A stretch of 59,088 bases of DNA from Armatimonadota bacterium. GTDB lineage: Bacteria; Armatimonadota; SYMT01. The notes under the pieces are model-generated. The model saw only the letters and a list, made by a program, of their open reading frames with translations, was not told the DNA's origin and searched no databases. Positions 8,758 to 22,718 of the stretch are shown piece after piece; position 1 is the stretch's first letter, and each line of letters begins with the position of its first letter. The DNA lies in NCBI GenBank assembly GCA_046292385.1, contig JBKBRF010000043.1, positions 1 to 59,088 of the forward strand, written 5' to 3'. The translations under genes and the position numbers were made by a program.

Positions 8758-8884
8758 GTACCGCCGTCGCCCCCAAAAAGCTCGGACGGCCGGGCGAGTG
8801 CTCGCACGGCCGGCGCGTCGAACCGCTCGTTCGACAGGGCGATTATAACCCAGCCCGCGGCGAGCGTTCAAGCGCCCCGGTGCT

Positions 8885-10042
8885 TCAGCGGGGGCGTGAA
8901 TAGGCCGGCCGCTTGCCGCCGTACCCGCCATAGCCCCCCGCCCGCGGTACCGTGGGCGGCGTGCTGCGGACCGAGTCGCTCAGGGAGATCACCAGCATCT
9001 CCAGCGCCAGGTCGGGGTCGGCCACGCCGTGCTCCCACCCCTTGCTGCCGGCGTCCGCCACGGCCAGACGGTCGAGCGCCTGCTGCAGGCGGTCCCAGGA
9101 GATGCGCCCGGCCTGCTCCCACAGCCGCCCCCGCAGCCACGCGGAGCCGCCCCGGTAAAGGCTGCCGTCTTCCGGAAGCATCGCCAGCACCTCCGGCGGC
9201 ACCTCGTCTCCCTCCGCCTTAGGCAGAATGCCGCGCTCCCGCAGGAACGCCGCCTGCGCCACCTGGCGCAGCGTGCGGGCCAGCATCGCCATCACCTGCT
9301 GCGCGGCGACGTCGCTCTCGCGGAGCTGCCGGAGCAGGTCGAGCGCCTGCGCCCGGTTGCCGGCCATCGTGGCGTCGAGCAGGTGGAAGACGTTGTCGTC
9401 CGGCGGCGCCGCGACGAGCAGGTTGACGTCCGCGGGGCTAATCGTAGCGCGGTCGCCGACGTACGCCGCCAGCTTGCGCGTCTCGTGCAGCAAGCGCTGC
9501 GAATCGGTACCCACCCGCTGTGCCAACTGGGCCGCGGCCGCCGGGGCCAGCTTCTTACCCAGCAGCTCCGCCTCGCGGACGGCGAGCTGCGCCAGCTCCT
9601 CCGGCTTCATCAGGGTGAACTGCCGGACCTCCCCCACCGCCTTCAGCGCGGCCATCAGCTTCTCGCCGAAGACGGAGCGGGAGCGGCCGCCCCCCTCCTC
9701 CGCGTAGGCGACGAAGATCACCGTGCTGTAGTCCGGCAGCTCGCGCAACCCGTCGGCGAGAACCTCCTGCGTGCGCTGGTGCTTGCCCCCCTTCAGCTTG
9801 CCCGCGTTGGTGACCACCACCACGCGCCGCTCCGAGAACATCGCCCGGTCCCGCGCCGCGTGGAGGATCGTCTCGCCGGAGACGCCGGAGCTGCCCGCGT
9901 CGATATACTCGACGTCGAGATCGCGGTCCTCCGGCGGCACCAGCTCGTCGAGGAGCGCCGCCAGCGCCTCTTTCTTCCGCAGCTCCTCCTGCCCCCACAG
10001 GAGGTAGGCGACCGTCCGCTTCGGGGTCTTGCGCGGCGGCAT
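8885..10042 (-). CDS. holA: DNA polymerase III delta subunit
   Basis: YLLWGQEE, MFSERRVVVV, ETRKLAAY, NVFHLLDA pattern and typical length. Confidence 0.85.
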   Translation of the reverse strand: MPPRKTPKRTVAYLLWGQEELRKKEALAALLDELVPPEDRDLDVEYIDAGSSGVSGETILHAARDRAMFSERRVVVVTNAGKLKGGKHQRTQEVLADGLRELPDYSTVIFVAYAEEGGGRSRSVFGEKLMAALKAVGEVRQFTLMKPEELAQLAVREAELLGKKLAPAAAAQLAQRVGTDSQRLLHETRKLAAYVGDRATISPADVNLLVAAPPDDNVFHLLDATMAGNRAQALDLLRQLRESDVAAQQVMAMLARTLRQVAQAAFLRERGILPKAEGDEVPPEVLAMLPEDGSLYRGGSAWLRGRLWEQAGRISWDRLQQALDRLAVADAGSKGWEHGVADPDLALEMLVISLSDSVRSTPPTVPRAGGYGGYGGKRPAYSRPR

Positions 10043-12210
10043 CAGGCTGGGCTCCCGGCCGGCTCCACCGCAGGCTTCCGCCCCGGGGGCTCCGGCACCG
10101 AACGCCGCAGCGCCTCCAGGGCGGAAGCGGCGGCGCGGACCTCTTCCTCACCCGCGGAGCCGCCGTAGTGGGCCAGCTCGAACGAGGCGGTGAGCTGCTC
10201 CATCGCGGCGAGCGCGTCCGGCGAGCTCCGCCAGTCGGAACGCAGCCGGGCCAGGTACTCGGAGGGCGTCTGCCACGGCTCGCGTCCCCAGCCGCGGCGC
10301 TCGAGCAGCTCCATCGCCAGGGCGTACCGCGCCGCCACCGCTTCGGCGGGCGAGCCCGCGAGGGAGCGGTCCCAGCGGCGCCGGCCCGCCACCCGGGCGC
10401 GCACCCGCCGCCACAGGTGCAGGATCGCCATCGCCAGCGTCGCGGAGACCGCCAGCACCAGCAGCGCGGCATCGAAGCCGCCGCTCCCGATCTGGGAGAA
10501 CCAGTCGCGGACGAGGGCGGCCGCCGCCTGGAGCGGGGTCTGCTTGAGGTCTCGCAGCGGTGGGGCGGGATCGTACGGCACCCAGCCCAGGCCCGCGTGG
10601 TAGGTCTCCACCCACATGTGCGCGTCTTCCTGGCGCACCAGGAACCCGCCGCCGGACTCGAGCGGCTCATCCGCCACATAACCGACCGCCACCCGCGCCG
10701 GGATCCCGATGGAGCGGCACATCACCGCCACCGCGCTCGCCGCGAGATCGCACGCGCCCTTGCGGGTCTCGAACAGGTAGTGGTCCACCGCGTCCTTGCC
10801 GATCGGAGTGAACTCCTCCTGGAGCGAATAGGTGCAGCTCTTCTCGATGTGCTGGATGAGCGCCTGGATCCGGAGGTGCGGCGAGTCGATGCCGCTCGTG
10901 ATCTTCTGGGCCAGCTCCTGGACGCGGGACGTGCCCGGCGGCAGCGACAGCGTCTCCGGATCGACTTCCGAGAGCCGCTCTACCGGAAGAGACGGCACGC
11001 TCTCCAGCGCTTGCGGCGGCAGGTCGGGCACGTCCGAGATCACCTCGAAGAACTTTCCCTGCACGTTGTGGCCGGTGCCTTTCAGCGCGCCGGAGATGTG
11101 CAGCGAGACGTTCGACTTCGGATACCGCAGCTCCCGGATCCGGCCGAGGCCGGGAATTCCCTGGGAAGCCGTCCCCACGGTGCGGAACCGCTGCCGCACC
11201 TGCCGCACCGGCACGGGAAAATCCTGGTCCGGATCCGGCGCCAGGCGGAACTCGAAGAGGTTGTAAGCGGTGATTCCGGTGCTCGGGTCCGGCGACCTCA
11301 CCTCCACCTGCTGGTCCGACGGCAGCTCCGAAGCGTTCTCCGGCTGCTCCGTGTTCCAGCTCCGGCCGGTGTAGCGCGTGAAGACCGCGGTGCGCAGGCG
11401 GCCGCCTTCCGCAGCATAGACTTCGTACACCGGGTTGGGGCTGAGGGAGATCGGACCCGCGCCGATCGGCGCCTGGGTGGTGCTGGCCTGCGTAAAGTTC
11501 ATCAGCCCGCGCAGTCGCGCGGCCGCGGGGAGCCCGTACGGAGAGTAGCGGCTCAGCACCGGTCGCACCAGGAACGGGAACGCGAGCCCGACGGCGCTCA
11601 GCACGAGCACGATGGTCCACGCCGCCCCCAGGTGGAAGATCGCCGGCGCGGGCTTGCGGCGCGCCATTTGCGCGCGCTGGAGGTGGGACTCGTAGCCGGT
11701 GAGAAAGAGCGCGCCCAGCACCGTCATCACGAAGAAGATCGGGATCTCCGGGTTCGGGTTCGAGCTGGCGGCGAGCGCCAGCATCGTGATCGAGGGCACC
11801 GGGCTGAAGAGCAGCGCCGCGTTCTTGAGGAGCGTGAAGCAGCGGACCACGCTCAGGCAGCTCACCAGCACCGCGGTAGCCAGATCCGGAGGCAGCGACA
11901 GCGCGCTCTGACCGTCCAGCGAGGCGAGGGGTCCGCCGGAGATGAGCTGCTGAATCGTTACGGCCGATCCCACGAGCATCACCGGGATGAAGACCAGCTC
12001 GTAGTTGAAGCTCATCCGCCGGAGCGCGTAGCTGGCGGCGTGTCCCGCTGCCGCCAGGCTCGCCCAGAGCCAGAGCCATGAACTGGAGCCGAGCGTCATG
12101 CCGACGGCGCCGATCCCCGCCAGGGTGACGAGGAGGCTCGCCACGTAGAGCGGCAAGGCGGATCCGTGGCGGTCCTGAAGCTCGGGGTTCTTTACTGCAA
12201 CGGTCGACAC
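10042..12210 (-). CDS. Membrane transglutaminase-like protein (TgpA-like, C-terminal DUF4129)
   Basis: N-terminal TM helices; triad GACD..., GIPARVAVGY, AHMWVE, W..YDP; C-terminal QTPSEY...AHYG. Confidence 0.9.
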   Translation of the reverse strand: MSTVAVKNPELQDRHGSALPLYVASLLVTLAGIGAVGMTLGSSSWLWLWASLAAAGHAASYALRRMSFNYELVFIPVMLVGSAVTIQQLISGGPLASLDGQSALSLPPDLATAVLVSCLSVVRCFTLLKNAALLFSPVPSITMLALAASSNPNPEIPIFFVMTVLGALFLTGYESHLQRAQMARRKPAPAIFHLGAAWTIVLVLSAVGLAFPFLVRPVLSRYSPYGLPAAARLRGLMNFTQASTTQAPIGAGPISLSPNPVYEVYAAEGGRLRTAVFTRYTGRSWNTEQPENASELPSDQQVEVRSPDPSTGITAYNLFEFRLAPDPDQDFPVPVRQVRQRFRTVGTASQGIPGLGRIRELRYPKSNVSLHISGALKGTGHNVQGKFFEVISDVPDLPPQALESVPSLPVERLSEVDPETLSLPPGTSRVQELAQKITSGIDSPHLRIQALIQHIEKSCTYSLQEEFTPIGKDAVDHYLFETRKGACDLAASAVAVMCRSIGIPARVAVGYVADEPLESGGGFLVRQEDAHMWVETYHAGLGWVPYDPAPPLRDLKQTPLQAAAALVRDWFSQIGSGGFDAALLVLAVSATLAMAILHLWRRVRARVAGRRRWDRSLAGSPAEAVAARYALAMELLERRGWGREPWQTPSEYLARLRSDWRSSPDALAAMEQLTASFELAHYGGSAGEEEVRAAASALEALRRSVPEPPGRKPAVEPAGSPA

Positions 12211-12225
12211 GGCTTTCCTCCCGCC

Positions 12226-13431
12226 TCAGCTTACCAGCCCGCGCGCCACCTCGTCGTCCGCGGAGACCCGCACCACGGGAATCCCGTGGCTTTCGAGGCG
12301 GGCCGCCACCGCGCTCCACTCCTCCACCCCGGCCGGATCGACCGCACCCGGAATGAGGGCGTAGATCACGGGGCGCAGGCCGCTCTCGCGGAGCTGGAGC
12401 ACCTGGATACCGAGAGCGGGGTCCGGAATGGCAGTGATCCAGCAGACGAGAGTTCCGGGAGTGAGGTTCCCGGCGGAGTCCCGCAGCATCGCGCCGAGCG
12501 ATTGCTCCGGAGCAGTCCGCATCCGTGCCAGCGCCTCGAGAATGGCGGGAAGCGACTCCATCCCCCGCACCGGGGCGGGACGCGGGTCGGTGGTGCCGGG
12601 AACCAGCAGCCGGACCGCGTCGCCGGCCGTGAGGACGGCCGCCGCGAGGGAGGCGGCCATCCCGGCGGCGAGATCGAGGCCGCGCGCCGGGCCCAGGTCG
12701 CGGTCTCCCGCTTCGGAAGTCTCCACCGCGATCAGAGCGTCGGTCGACTCCTCCGCTTCCCACTCCACCACCGCCAGCCGGCCAAACCGGGCGGCCGTGC
12801 GCCAGTGCACGTGGCGCAGCGGGTCGCCGGGGCGGTACTCCCGCACGCCGAAGAAGCCGGCGCCTTCCCCCTGGCGTCCGGAGGCCTCCAGCGGAGCCTG
12901 GCCGCCGGTCACGCTCGGGGGCAGCATCCGGGGCGGAAGGTCGGTGAACCGCGGATAGACCAGGATCTCGGACCGCAGCGGGATCTCCGTGCGGACGAAG
13001 GTGAGCCCCATCGGGTCGGCGCTCAGCAGCACGGCGTGCTCGATCCGGAACTCTCCTCGCCGCTGGAGCCGCAGCTCGTACGACGCCTCGTCGCGCCCGC
13101 TGGGGGGCAGGTGCACCGGCACCGGCGAGGGCTCCATCGGGACGAGCCCTTCCGGAAGCAGGTCGCTGACGCAGAGGTGGAGCTTGGGGATGGCGATCCG
13201 GTTTACCGCGCGGAACGTCACGCGGACCACGTCGCCCAGGTGCCCCGTCTGCGGCATCTCCCGGAAGAGCTCCACCCCCCGGTGCTCCAGCTTGCCGAAC
13301 AGCTTGCCGGCGAGCGGCAGCAGCAGCAGCACGCCCGCCATCCAGTACATGTGGGCGATGTTGAGCACCCATGCCACGAGCGCCACCGCGAATGCGGCCG
13401 AGTAGACCGTGAGCAGCTTGGTAAACGTCAT
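12226..13431 (-). CDS. DUF58 domain protein
   Basis: RRGEF, DPMGL, VYP, GVREYRPGDPLRHVHWRTAAR. Confidence 0.92.
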   Translation of the reverse strand: MTFTKLLTVYSAAFAVALVAWVLNIAHMYWMAGVLLLLPLAGKLFGKLEHRGVELFREMPQTGHLGDVVRVTFRAVNRIAIPKLHLCVSDLLPEGLVPMEPSPVPVHLPPSGRDEASYELRLQRRGEFRIEHAVLLSADPMGLTFVRTEIPLRSEILVYPRFTDLPPRMLPPSVTGGQAPLEASGRQGEGAGFFGVREYRPGDPLRHVHWRTAARFGRLAVVEWEAEESTDALIAVETSEAGDRDLGPARGLDLAAGMAASLAAAVLTAGDAVRLLVPGTTDPRPAPVRGMESLPAILEALARMRTAPEQSLGAMLRDSAGNLTPGTLVCWITAIPDPALGIQVLQLRESGLRPVIYALIPGAVDPAGVEEWSAVAARLESHGIPVVRVSADDEVARGLVS

Positions 13432-13482
13432 GGGAAAGGCTCAATCACGGTGCGCGCCGATCGTTTCTGAAGCTGAAGGCGG

Positions 13483-14436
13483 TCAGGCCGCGGGAGTGAC
13501 CGGGATCGGGACGGAACGCAGGAGGTCATCCAGCACGCGGCCGGCGTCTAACCGCTGGAGGCGAGCGTCCGGATGCAGGATCACCCGGTGACCGAGCACC
13601 GGCACGACCAGCTCCTTCACGTCGTCCGGCAGCACGTGGTTGCGACCGCGCAGCACCGCCAGCACCTGCGCGCAGTGCATCAGGTCGAGCGAGCCGCGCA
13701 GGCTGGCGCCGAGGACGAGGTGGTTGGAGGTGCGGGTGGCGGTGGCGATCGCCACGATGTACTCCCGCGCGGCTTCGGAGACTCGCACTTCGCGCATCAG
13801 CGCGCGAAGCCGCTCCACCTCGTCCGCGTGGATGGCGGGGCGAACCGAGTCGATCGGGTGGCCGTGCGCCTGCCGGTCCAGGATCGTGACCTCGTACTGG
13901 GGGTCGGGATAGCCCATGGAGAGCCGCATCGCGAAGCGGTCGAGCTGGGACTCGGGGAGCGGAAAGGTCCCCTGGTACTCCACGCTGTTCTGGGTGGCGA
14001 TCACGAAGAACGGCCGGGGCAGCGGACGCGTTACGCCGTCCGCCGTCACCTGCGCCTCTTCCATCGCCTCCAGCAGCGCCGACTGCGTCTTCGGCGTGGC
14101 GCGGTTCACCTCGTCCGCCAGCACCACGTTGGCGAAGATCGGCCCGGCGAGGAACTCGAATTCGGACGACTTCTGGTTGTAGATCGAAGACCCGGTGATG
14201 TCCGCCGGGAGCAGGTCCGGCGTAAACTGAACGCGGCGGAAGGTGGCGTCGATACTGCGGGCGAGCGCCCGCGCCAGCATCGTCTTCCCCGTGCCCGGGA
14301 CGTCCTCGATCAACAGGTGACCACCCGCGAAGAGCGCCAGCACCGCGCGCTCCACGACCGGGCGCTTCCCTACGATAACGGTCTCGACCTCTGAAATGAC
14401 GCGCTCGATCTGGGGTCGAGCATCGGCCGGTTGCAT
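13483..14436 (-). CDS. MoxR-family AAA+ ATPase
   Basis: HLLIEDVPGTGKT, RVQFTPDLLPAD, LADEVNRATPKTQSALLEAM, ATQN, PLPESQLDRF. Confidence 0.95.
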   Translation of the reverse strand: MQPADARPQIERVISEVETVIVGKRPVVERAVLALFAGGHLLIEDVPGTGKTMLARALARSIDATFRRVQFTPDLLPADITGSSIYNQKSSEFEFLAGPIFANVVLADEVNRATPKTQSALLEAMEEAQVTADGVTRPLPRPFFVIATQNSVEYQGTFPLPESQLDRFAMRLSMGYPDPQYEVTILDRQAHGHPIDSVRPAIHADEVERLRALMREVRVSEAAREYIVAIATATRTSNHLVLGASLRGSLDLMHCAQVLAVLRGRNHVLPDDVKELVVPVLGHRVILHPDARLQRLDAGRVLDDLLRSVPIPVTPAA

Positions 14437-14571
14437 GCGTGGTGTCCTTACTAGCCCTCGTCTGAGACGGAGGCGGGAGCGGCGACCGCGGAGGCTTGGT
14501 ACTTTTTACTGCTAGAGTGCGCGGGCGCGATCACAGGTTGGCCGCACGCCCGCGGGGATGGAGATAGCATT

Positions 14572-15351
14572 ATGCGCGCCGCACGCCTTTTCCTGGCAAC
14601 CGCCACCCTCTCCGCAGGGCTCGCCGCCCCCTGGGAAGCACTAAGTCAGACGTTCCCGGCCGCCAGAGTGGACGACCCGACCTCTCGCGCGCAGGCGGTC
14701 GTCGAGCGAGTCCGCACCAAGATCGCGGTGCTAAAGATCAAACGCCCCGGCACCACCGCATCCGCGACCGGATTCCTTGCCTCGCCCCGGCTGGTGGTCA
14801 CCGCTGCTCACGCCCTCGACGACGCGGAGTCGTTCCGGGTCTGGATGAACGGAGTCGCGTTTCGACCCCAGACGGTCGCGCTTCACCCGGAGCACGACGT
14901 GGCGTCGGTGCGGCTCGCGGCCCGGGAGCTCCATCTAAAGCCGGCGGAGCTGGCGGCAACGTCCTCCGATCTTATCAACGGAGAAGAGCTCCGAATCGTT
15001 GCCGGTCCGTCTCAACCGCGCAACGCGGATGCCGACCCTGCCCGCCGGGTCATCATCCCGGCACAACTCGCGGGACGCGTGGAGCTGGTCGGCCGAGCCG
15101 GCGCCCGCACCTCCGCCCTTGCGCTCCACGCCTCGGTGAACCGGGGGGACAGCGGCAGCCCGGTGGTCCGGCTGCGGGACGGTAAGGTGATCGGCGTCCT
15201 CTGCAGCCGCGAGCTGCCGGACAACACCGGCGTCTCCCGGGTCGCCTACGCGGTACCGGTGGAGCTGCTGCAGCCGTGGCTCGCGCGGCTGGAGCCCCGC
15301 CGCGGCGACCAGCGCGCGGACGAAGAGTTCTACCTGCTGCCAAGAAGATAG
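14572..15351 (+). CDS. Secreted trypsin-like serine protease
   Basis: Signal peptide; triad motifs TAAH, HDVA, GDSGSP. Confidence 0.85.
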   Translation: MRAARLFLATATLSAGLAAPWEALSQTFPAARVDDPTSRAQAVVERVRTKIAVLKIKRPGTTASATGFLASPRLVVTAAHALDDAESFRVWMNGVAFRPQTVALHPEHDVASVRLAARELHLKPAELAATSSDLINGEELRIVAGPSQPRNADADPARRVIIPAQLAGRVELVGRAGARTSALALHASVNRGDSGSPVVRLRDGKVIGVLCSRELPDNTGVSRVAYAVPVELLQPWLARLEPRRGDQRADEEFYLLPRR

Positions 15352-15524
15352 CGGGAAGAGGGGAGACGAGACGCGGACGGACCGGGGCGACGCCGGCAGG
15401 TTTCGACGAGGACGTCCTCGCTCCCGCCCGTCTGCGGGCTCACATCCGGGTTCCCGGTGCGGACCCGCAGGCGTGGCAGCCACCCGGAGCGCATCCTGAC
15501 CGGAGCGCTCCGGGCAGTCATCCG

Positions 15525-18602
<3,078 letters not shown>

Positions 18603-18827
18603 CTCCACAGTCCTCTCCAGGGCAAGCCTGTCTGTTTCGTGCGACCCCGGGATCCGCCGCCATAACCTGCTGTTCCCGGAGCTCCTGCAGTTGTTGAACG
18701 GCTCGGCGTCCGGGCCAAGCCGTTGCCTGAAGTCTCTCCGAGCGAGCATCACAGAACCGTCACACAGTTTCCGCACCAGTGAAGGCGTTAGAATCACAAA
18801 GGCGAACAGGCGTGCGGAGGTCTGGAA

Positions 18828-21800
18828 ATGGTGCGGCTGTATCTGTTTGGCGGCTTGCGGGTAGAGGTGGAAGGACGCACGGAGCTGCGGTTCCGCACCG
18901 CGCGTACGGCATCACTGCTCGCCTACCTGGCTTACCATCCGGACAAACCGCACTCGCGCGAATACCTGGCGGAGCTGCTCTGGCCGGAGAGCGCTCCGGA
19001 CTCTGCCCGGCACAGCCTGAGGGTGGCCCTATCCTCGCTGCGAAAGCTGCTGGAGTCCCCGGGGCGTCGGGTGTTTCTCGGGGATCGCCAGACGCTCTAT
19101 CTTGACCGTGCCAACACCTGGGTAGATGTCGCGGCGTGGCGTTCTCTCCTCGAATGGCCGGATGCAGCGACACGCGCCGACGCGCTGGCGGAAGCCGCCG
19201 CGCTGTACACCGGACCGTTGTTAGCTGGACTTTACGACGACTGGGTGGTCGCCGCGCAGGAGGAAGCCGCTGCTCGCCAGGATGCCGCGATGCGAGAGCT
19301 GGTCCGGCTCTCTATCGCGAGCGGCAAGATCGATCTGGCGGTTCCGTTCGCCCGCCGACGGTATGAGGAGGACCCGCTGTGCGAGGATGCGTGCGCGGAA
19401 TTGATGCACGTGCTGGCGCTGCTCGGCCGGATAGAAGAGGCAGAGGAGGTCTACCAGCGGTGCGTCGCCCAGCTAAAGAGTGCCCTGGACCGCCAGCCCT
19501 CACCGGCCTTACAGCGCTCGATGGAGCTCGTCGCATCGAGGCGCACCGCACTGGAGCGGTTGTCGCCAACCGCAGCTGGAACGGGAAGCTTGAGCCTCCT
19601 CGAGCGGAGCGGTCCGATGACGGGCCGCCCATCCTACGGAACTTCGTTCCTGGGGCGCACGGAGGAGCTCGAGGCGGTACGCCAGTGGTGGCGGGACGCG
19701 GAGAGTCGCCTGCTAACCCTCTGCGGGATCGGAGGAATTGGCAAGTCGCGGCTCGCGGCGAGGTTCCTGGAGGAGCTGGGTGGCAGCGAGGGCGCGAACG
19801 TGCGGTTACTGTACGTGGGATGCTCCGGCGTGTCGGACGCGCACACGCTGCCGGGGCTGATGCTCGACCGTCTCTCGGAGTGCCGTCCCGTGGCGCTCGA
19901 TATCATGGTCGCTCTCCGCAGGGCGCTGAGTGCCAGGCCCACCCTGATCGTGCTCGACGATTTTGAGCAGTTGATGCCGTCGGGCGCAAACATCGTCTGG
20001 ACACTGCTCCAGGAGGTGCGGTCCGTCCGCTTCATCGTATCTTCCCGTCGCCGGCTGTCGCTTCCCGCGGAACGAGTGCTGATGCTCGGTCCTCTAGCGA
20101 CGCCAGAGAATACTGCTGATGCGCACCTGGATGCGTGCGCAGCGTTCCGGCTGTTCTGCGATCGCGCTAACCAGGCTCGTCCGGGCATCAAGCTGACTCG
20201 ACTCCAGAGAAAGGCGAGCGCCGAGCTCTGCATTCGCGCGGAGGGGATCCCCCTGATGCTCGAGGTGCTGGCAGCTCGATGCTCGGCCATGTCACCCCAG
20301 GAGATCTGCAGCGACTTCACCGGCTACCTACGGATGCCCCCTGCGCAGGCGCAGTCAGAATGGAGACACGATACGCTCGCGCAATCTTTGCTCTGGAGCC
20401 TGAACCTGCTGCCCGCATCGCTGGCTCGCGCCTGGACCCACCTGGCCGCCCTGCCGAGTCATTGGTCCCTGAACACGGCCGCAGGGATCCTACCTGATCT
20501 CACTCGAGCCGACTTGCTGGAAGTGCACGCTCAACTCCAGGCCCACTCGCTCATCCAGCCGCACGCAGAGGTTGCGGAGCTCCGCTTCAAGATGCTCGAC
20601 CCTCTCCGCCAGTTCGCGGTGGGTCAGCTTCCCAACGAAGTGCGTGATCAACTCTACGATCGTCTCCTCGACTGGTCTCTGGACTACTGCCGAGATTTGC
20701 CTCAGCGGCTCGACGGTGCGGAGGGCCTGGAGCTTCTCTGGCGGCTGGAACGGGAGTATCCCAATATCCGCGCCATGCTCGTCTATGGGCTGAAGAACTG
20801 CCCGGATCGGGCGGCGCTTCTCGCTTGCTCGCTCTGGAAATACTGGTGGCGGCGAGGGCACCTGGGGGACGGAATTGCCCTGACGCGAGAGGCTCTCGCA
20901 TCGCCCTGCGTCTCCGAGGCGGTTCGGGGACGCCTTCTGTTTACGCTGGGAATCCTGGCATTCCGCGCCGGCGACTATGCTACTGCCGTCCCTGCCCTGG
21001 AAGAGAGTCGCGGCCTGTGCCAGAGCTCCGAGGATGCGATCGGATCTGCTTACGCCGGCGTGACCCAGGCGATCCTCGCCGTCTTCCGCGGATCCTATCC
21101 GCAATCGCTGGCTCTAGCCGAAGACGCGGGGCGCCTTTTTCTCACGCTCGGGGATGAGTGGGGTCAGGCGGCGGCGCTGGACATCCAGTGCCTGGCGTTG
21201 GGCTGTCTGCGCCGGTTCACGGAAGCAGAACGGTGCGGAGAACGCGCCTACACACTCTTCACGTCAATCGGCGACGTATTTGGATGTGGATCGAGTGCCG
21301 GCAATCAGGCGCTGCTGCTGCTGGCCCAGGAACGCTACGCGGAGGCGGAATGGCGGTGCCAGTCGGCACAGGAGTATCTCCGTGCGTGCGGCTGCGAGTA
21401 CGGCTGGCGGATCTCGGTAGGTTTCGGAGCCATCGCGCGACATGCAGCCGGGCTGCTAAAGCAGGACAACCTGGATGAGTGCGTCCTCGCGCTGGAAGAA
21501 GCTGTTGAGGGCGCCGACCCGACGGCGAAGGTCTTCATTCTCGAGTCGATCGCGTACCTACTCGGAGCGTTCGGCGAGGCGCCAGGGAGCCTCCAGCTTC
21601 TGCGTGCTGCCGACTCGGTGCGCGACTCGAACGAGATGCCCCGCCTGCCGCTCTTAACCCCCATTCTCGAACGGATCGCGAGCCGGTGTAGGGAGAGCAT
21701 CCAGGATGACGTTCCGCTGCCTGAAACTCCATTGATGTCTACGGATCAGGCGCTCTCTCTCGGCCTCGCGGAGCTCCGCGCTCTGGCAGCGGGCGCGCGG

Positions 21801-21851
21801 ACGGCGCCGGCGGCGACCGGGCTCGCGTGCCGCCCGGACTGGCAGGCGTGA
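18828..21851 (+). CDS. AfsR/SARP-type regulator: winged HTH + BTAD + P-loop NTPase + TPR
   Basis: LLAYLA..., SREYLAELLWPE, LY.GPLL (BTAD), FLGRTEEL, Walker A GIGGIGKS, LDDFEQL, C-terminal TPR-like helices. Confidence 0.9.
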   Translation: MVRLYLFGGLRVEVEGRTELRFRTARTASLLAYLAYHPDKPHSREYLAELLWPESAPDSARHSLRVALSSLRKLLESPGRRVFLGDRQTLYLDRANTWVDVAAWRSLLEWPDAATRADALAEAAALYTGPLLAGLYDDWVVAAQEEAAARQDAAMRELVRLSIASGKIDLAVPFARRRYEEDPLCEDACAELMHVLALLGRIEEAEEVYQRCVAQLKSALDRQPSPALQRSMELVASRRTALERLSPTAAGTGSLSLLERSGPMTGRPSYGTSFLGRTEELEAVRQWWRDAESRLLTLCGIGGIGKSRLAARFLEELGGSEGANVRLLYVGCSGVSDAHTLPGLMLDRLSECRPVALDIMVALRRALSARPTLIVLDDFEQLMPSGANIVWTLLQEVRSVRFIVSSRRRLSLPAERVLMLGPLATPENTADAHLDACAAFRLFCDRANQARPGIKLTRLQRKASAELCIRAEGIPLMLEVLAARCSAMSPQEICSDFTGYLRMPPAQAQSEWRHDTLAQSLLWSLNLLPASLARAWTHLAALPSHWSLNTAAGILPDLTRADLLEVHAQLQAHSLIQPHAEVAELRFKMLDPLRQFAVGQLPNEVRDQLYDRLLDWSLDYCRDLPQRLDGAEGLELLWRLEREYPNIRAMLVYGLKNCPDRAALLACSLWKYWWRRGHLGDGIALTREALASPCVSEAVRGRLLFTLGILAFRAGDYATAVPALEESRGLCQSSEDAIGSAYAGVTQAILAVFRGSYPQSLALAEDAGRLFLTLGDEWGQAAALDIQCLALGCLRRFTEAERCGERAYTLFTSIGDVFGCGSSAGNQALLLLAQERYAEAEWRCQSAQEYLRACGCEYGWRISVGFGAIARHAAGLLKQDNLDECVLALEEAVEGADPTAKVFILESIAYLLGAFGEAPGSLQLLRAADSVRDSNEMPRLPLLTPILERIASRCRESIQDDVPLPETPLMSTDQALSLGLAELRALAAGARTAPAATGLACRPDWQA

Positions 21852-21931
21852 GGCGCGAGGCGCGGCCATTCAGGCCCCCGGTTTCGGAGGTGATGGAGAA
21901 TCGGTGCTATCCAGGTCAGACGGGCAGCACA

Positions 21932-22552
21932 CTACCCACGGGATTCACTGTCCGGCCCGGCTTCGTCTTCCGCCAGGATCCGCCGCGCCGCCGCCAGCAG
22001 GTCCGCTGCCACGAAATCGGCGCCTGGCTCCTCTTCACCGATCAGAACCGTGCGGCAGCCGGCGGCGCGGCCGGCTTCGACGTCGCTCGGCTTGTCGCCG
22101 ACCATCCAGCTCGCCGGCAGGTCGAGCCCCAGCGCGGCTGCGGCGGAGCGCAGCATGCCGGGGGACGGCTTGCGGTGGTCGCAGTCAGCGCGGTAATCCC
22201 CGACCTCCGCCTGCGGGTGGTGAGGGCAGTAGTAGATCGCGTCGAGACGAGCGCCGTCCCGCGCCAGGATCTCCTCCAGGCGCAGGTGGATCCGGCGGAG
22301 GCGCTCCTCGTCGAACTTCCCCCGGGCGACTCCGGACTGGTTGCTCACCACCACCAGCGCCCAGCCACCGGCACGCAGGTGCCGCAGCGCCTCGGCGACG
22401 CCCGGCAGCACAATGATCGTGTCCGGGTCGTCCGGGTAGCCGGTGTCCTCGATCAGCACGCCGTCGCGATCGAGAAAGACCGCCCGGCGCGGAAGCTCGC
22501 CCGGCTCCGAGCGCCCGTGCGTACGCGGGCAACGCGAACGTTCCAGCTCCAT
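21932..22552 (-). CDS. gmhB: D-glycero-D-manno-heptose 1,7-bisphosphate phosphatase (HAD IIIA)
   Basis: FLDRDGVL, VSNQSGVARG, YYCPHHP, CDHRKPSPGM, MVGDKPSD; start uncertain. Confidence 0.85.
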   Translation of the reverse strand: MELERSRCPRTHGRSEPGELPRRAVFLDRDGVLIEDTGYPDDPDTIIVLPGVAEALRHLRAGGWALVVVSNQSGVARGKFDEERLRRIHLRLEEILARDGARLDAIYYCPHHPQAEVGDYRADCDHRKPSPGMLRSAAAALGLDLPASWMVGDKPSDVEAGRAAGCRTVLIGEEEPGADFVAADLLAAARRILAEDEAGPDSESRG

Positions 22553-22718
22553 CCCCTCTCCCCACAGACCCCGTCGGCAGACCGGACCCGGCCGGATGCT
22601 AAGATACCAGGAGAACCACCCAGCGGCACCGGCCGAAACTATCCGCCGCGATTCGTGGTTGACTCCATGGAACATGCGCGGCGGACCGTGGGTAGTATGG
22701 TGCAGAACGGAGGAGCCG

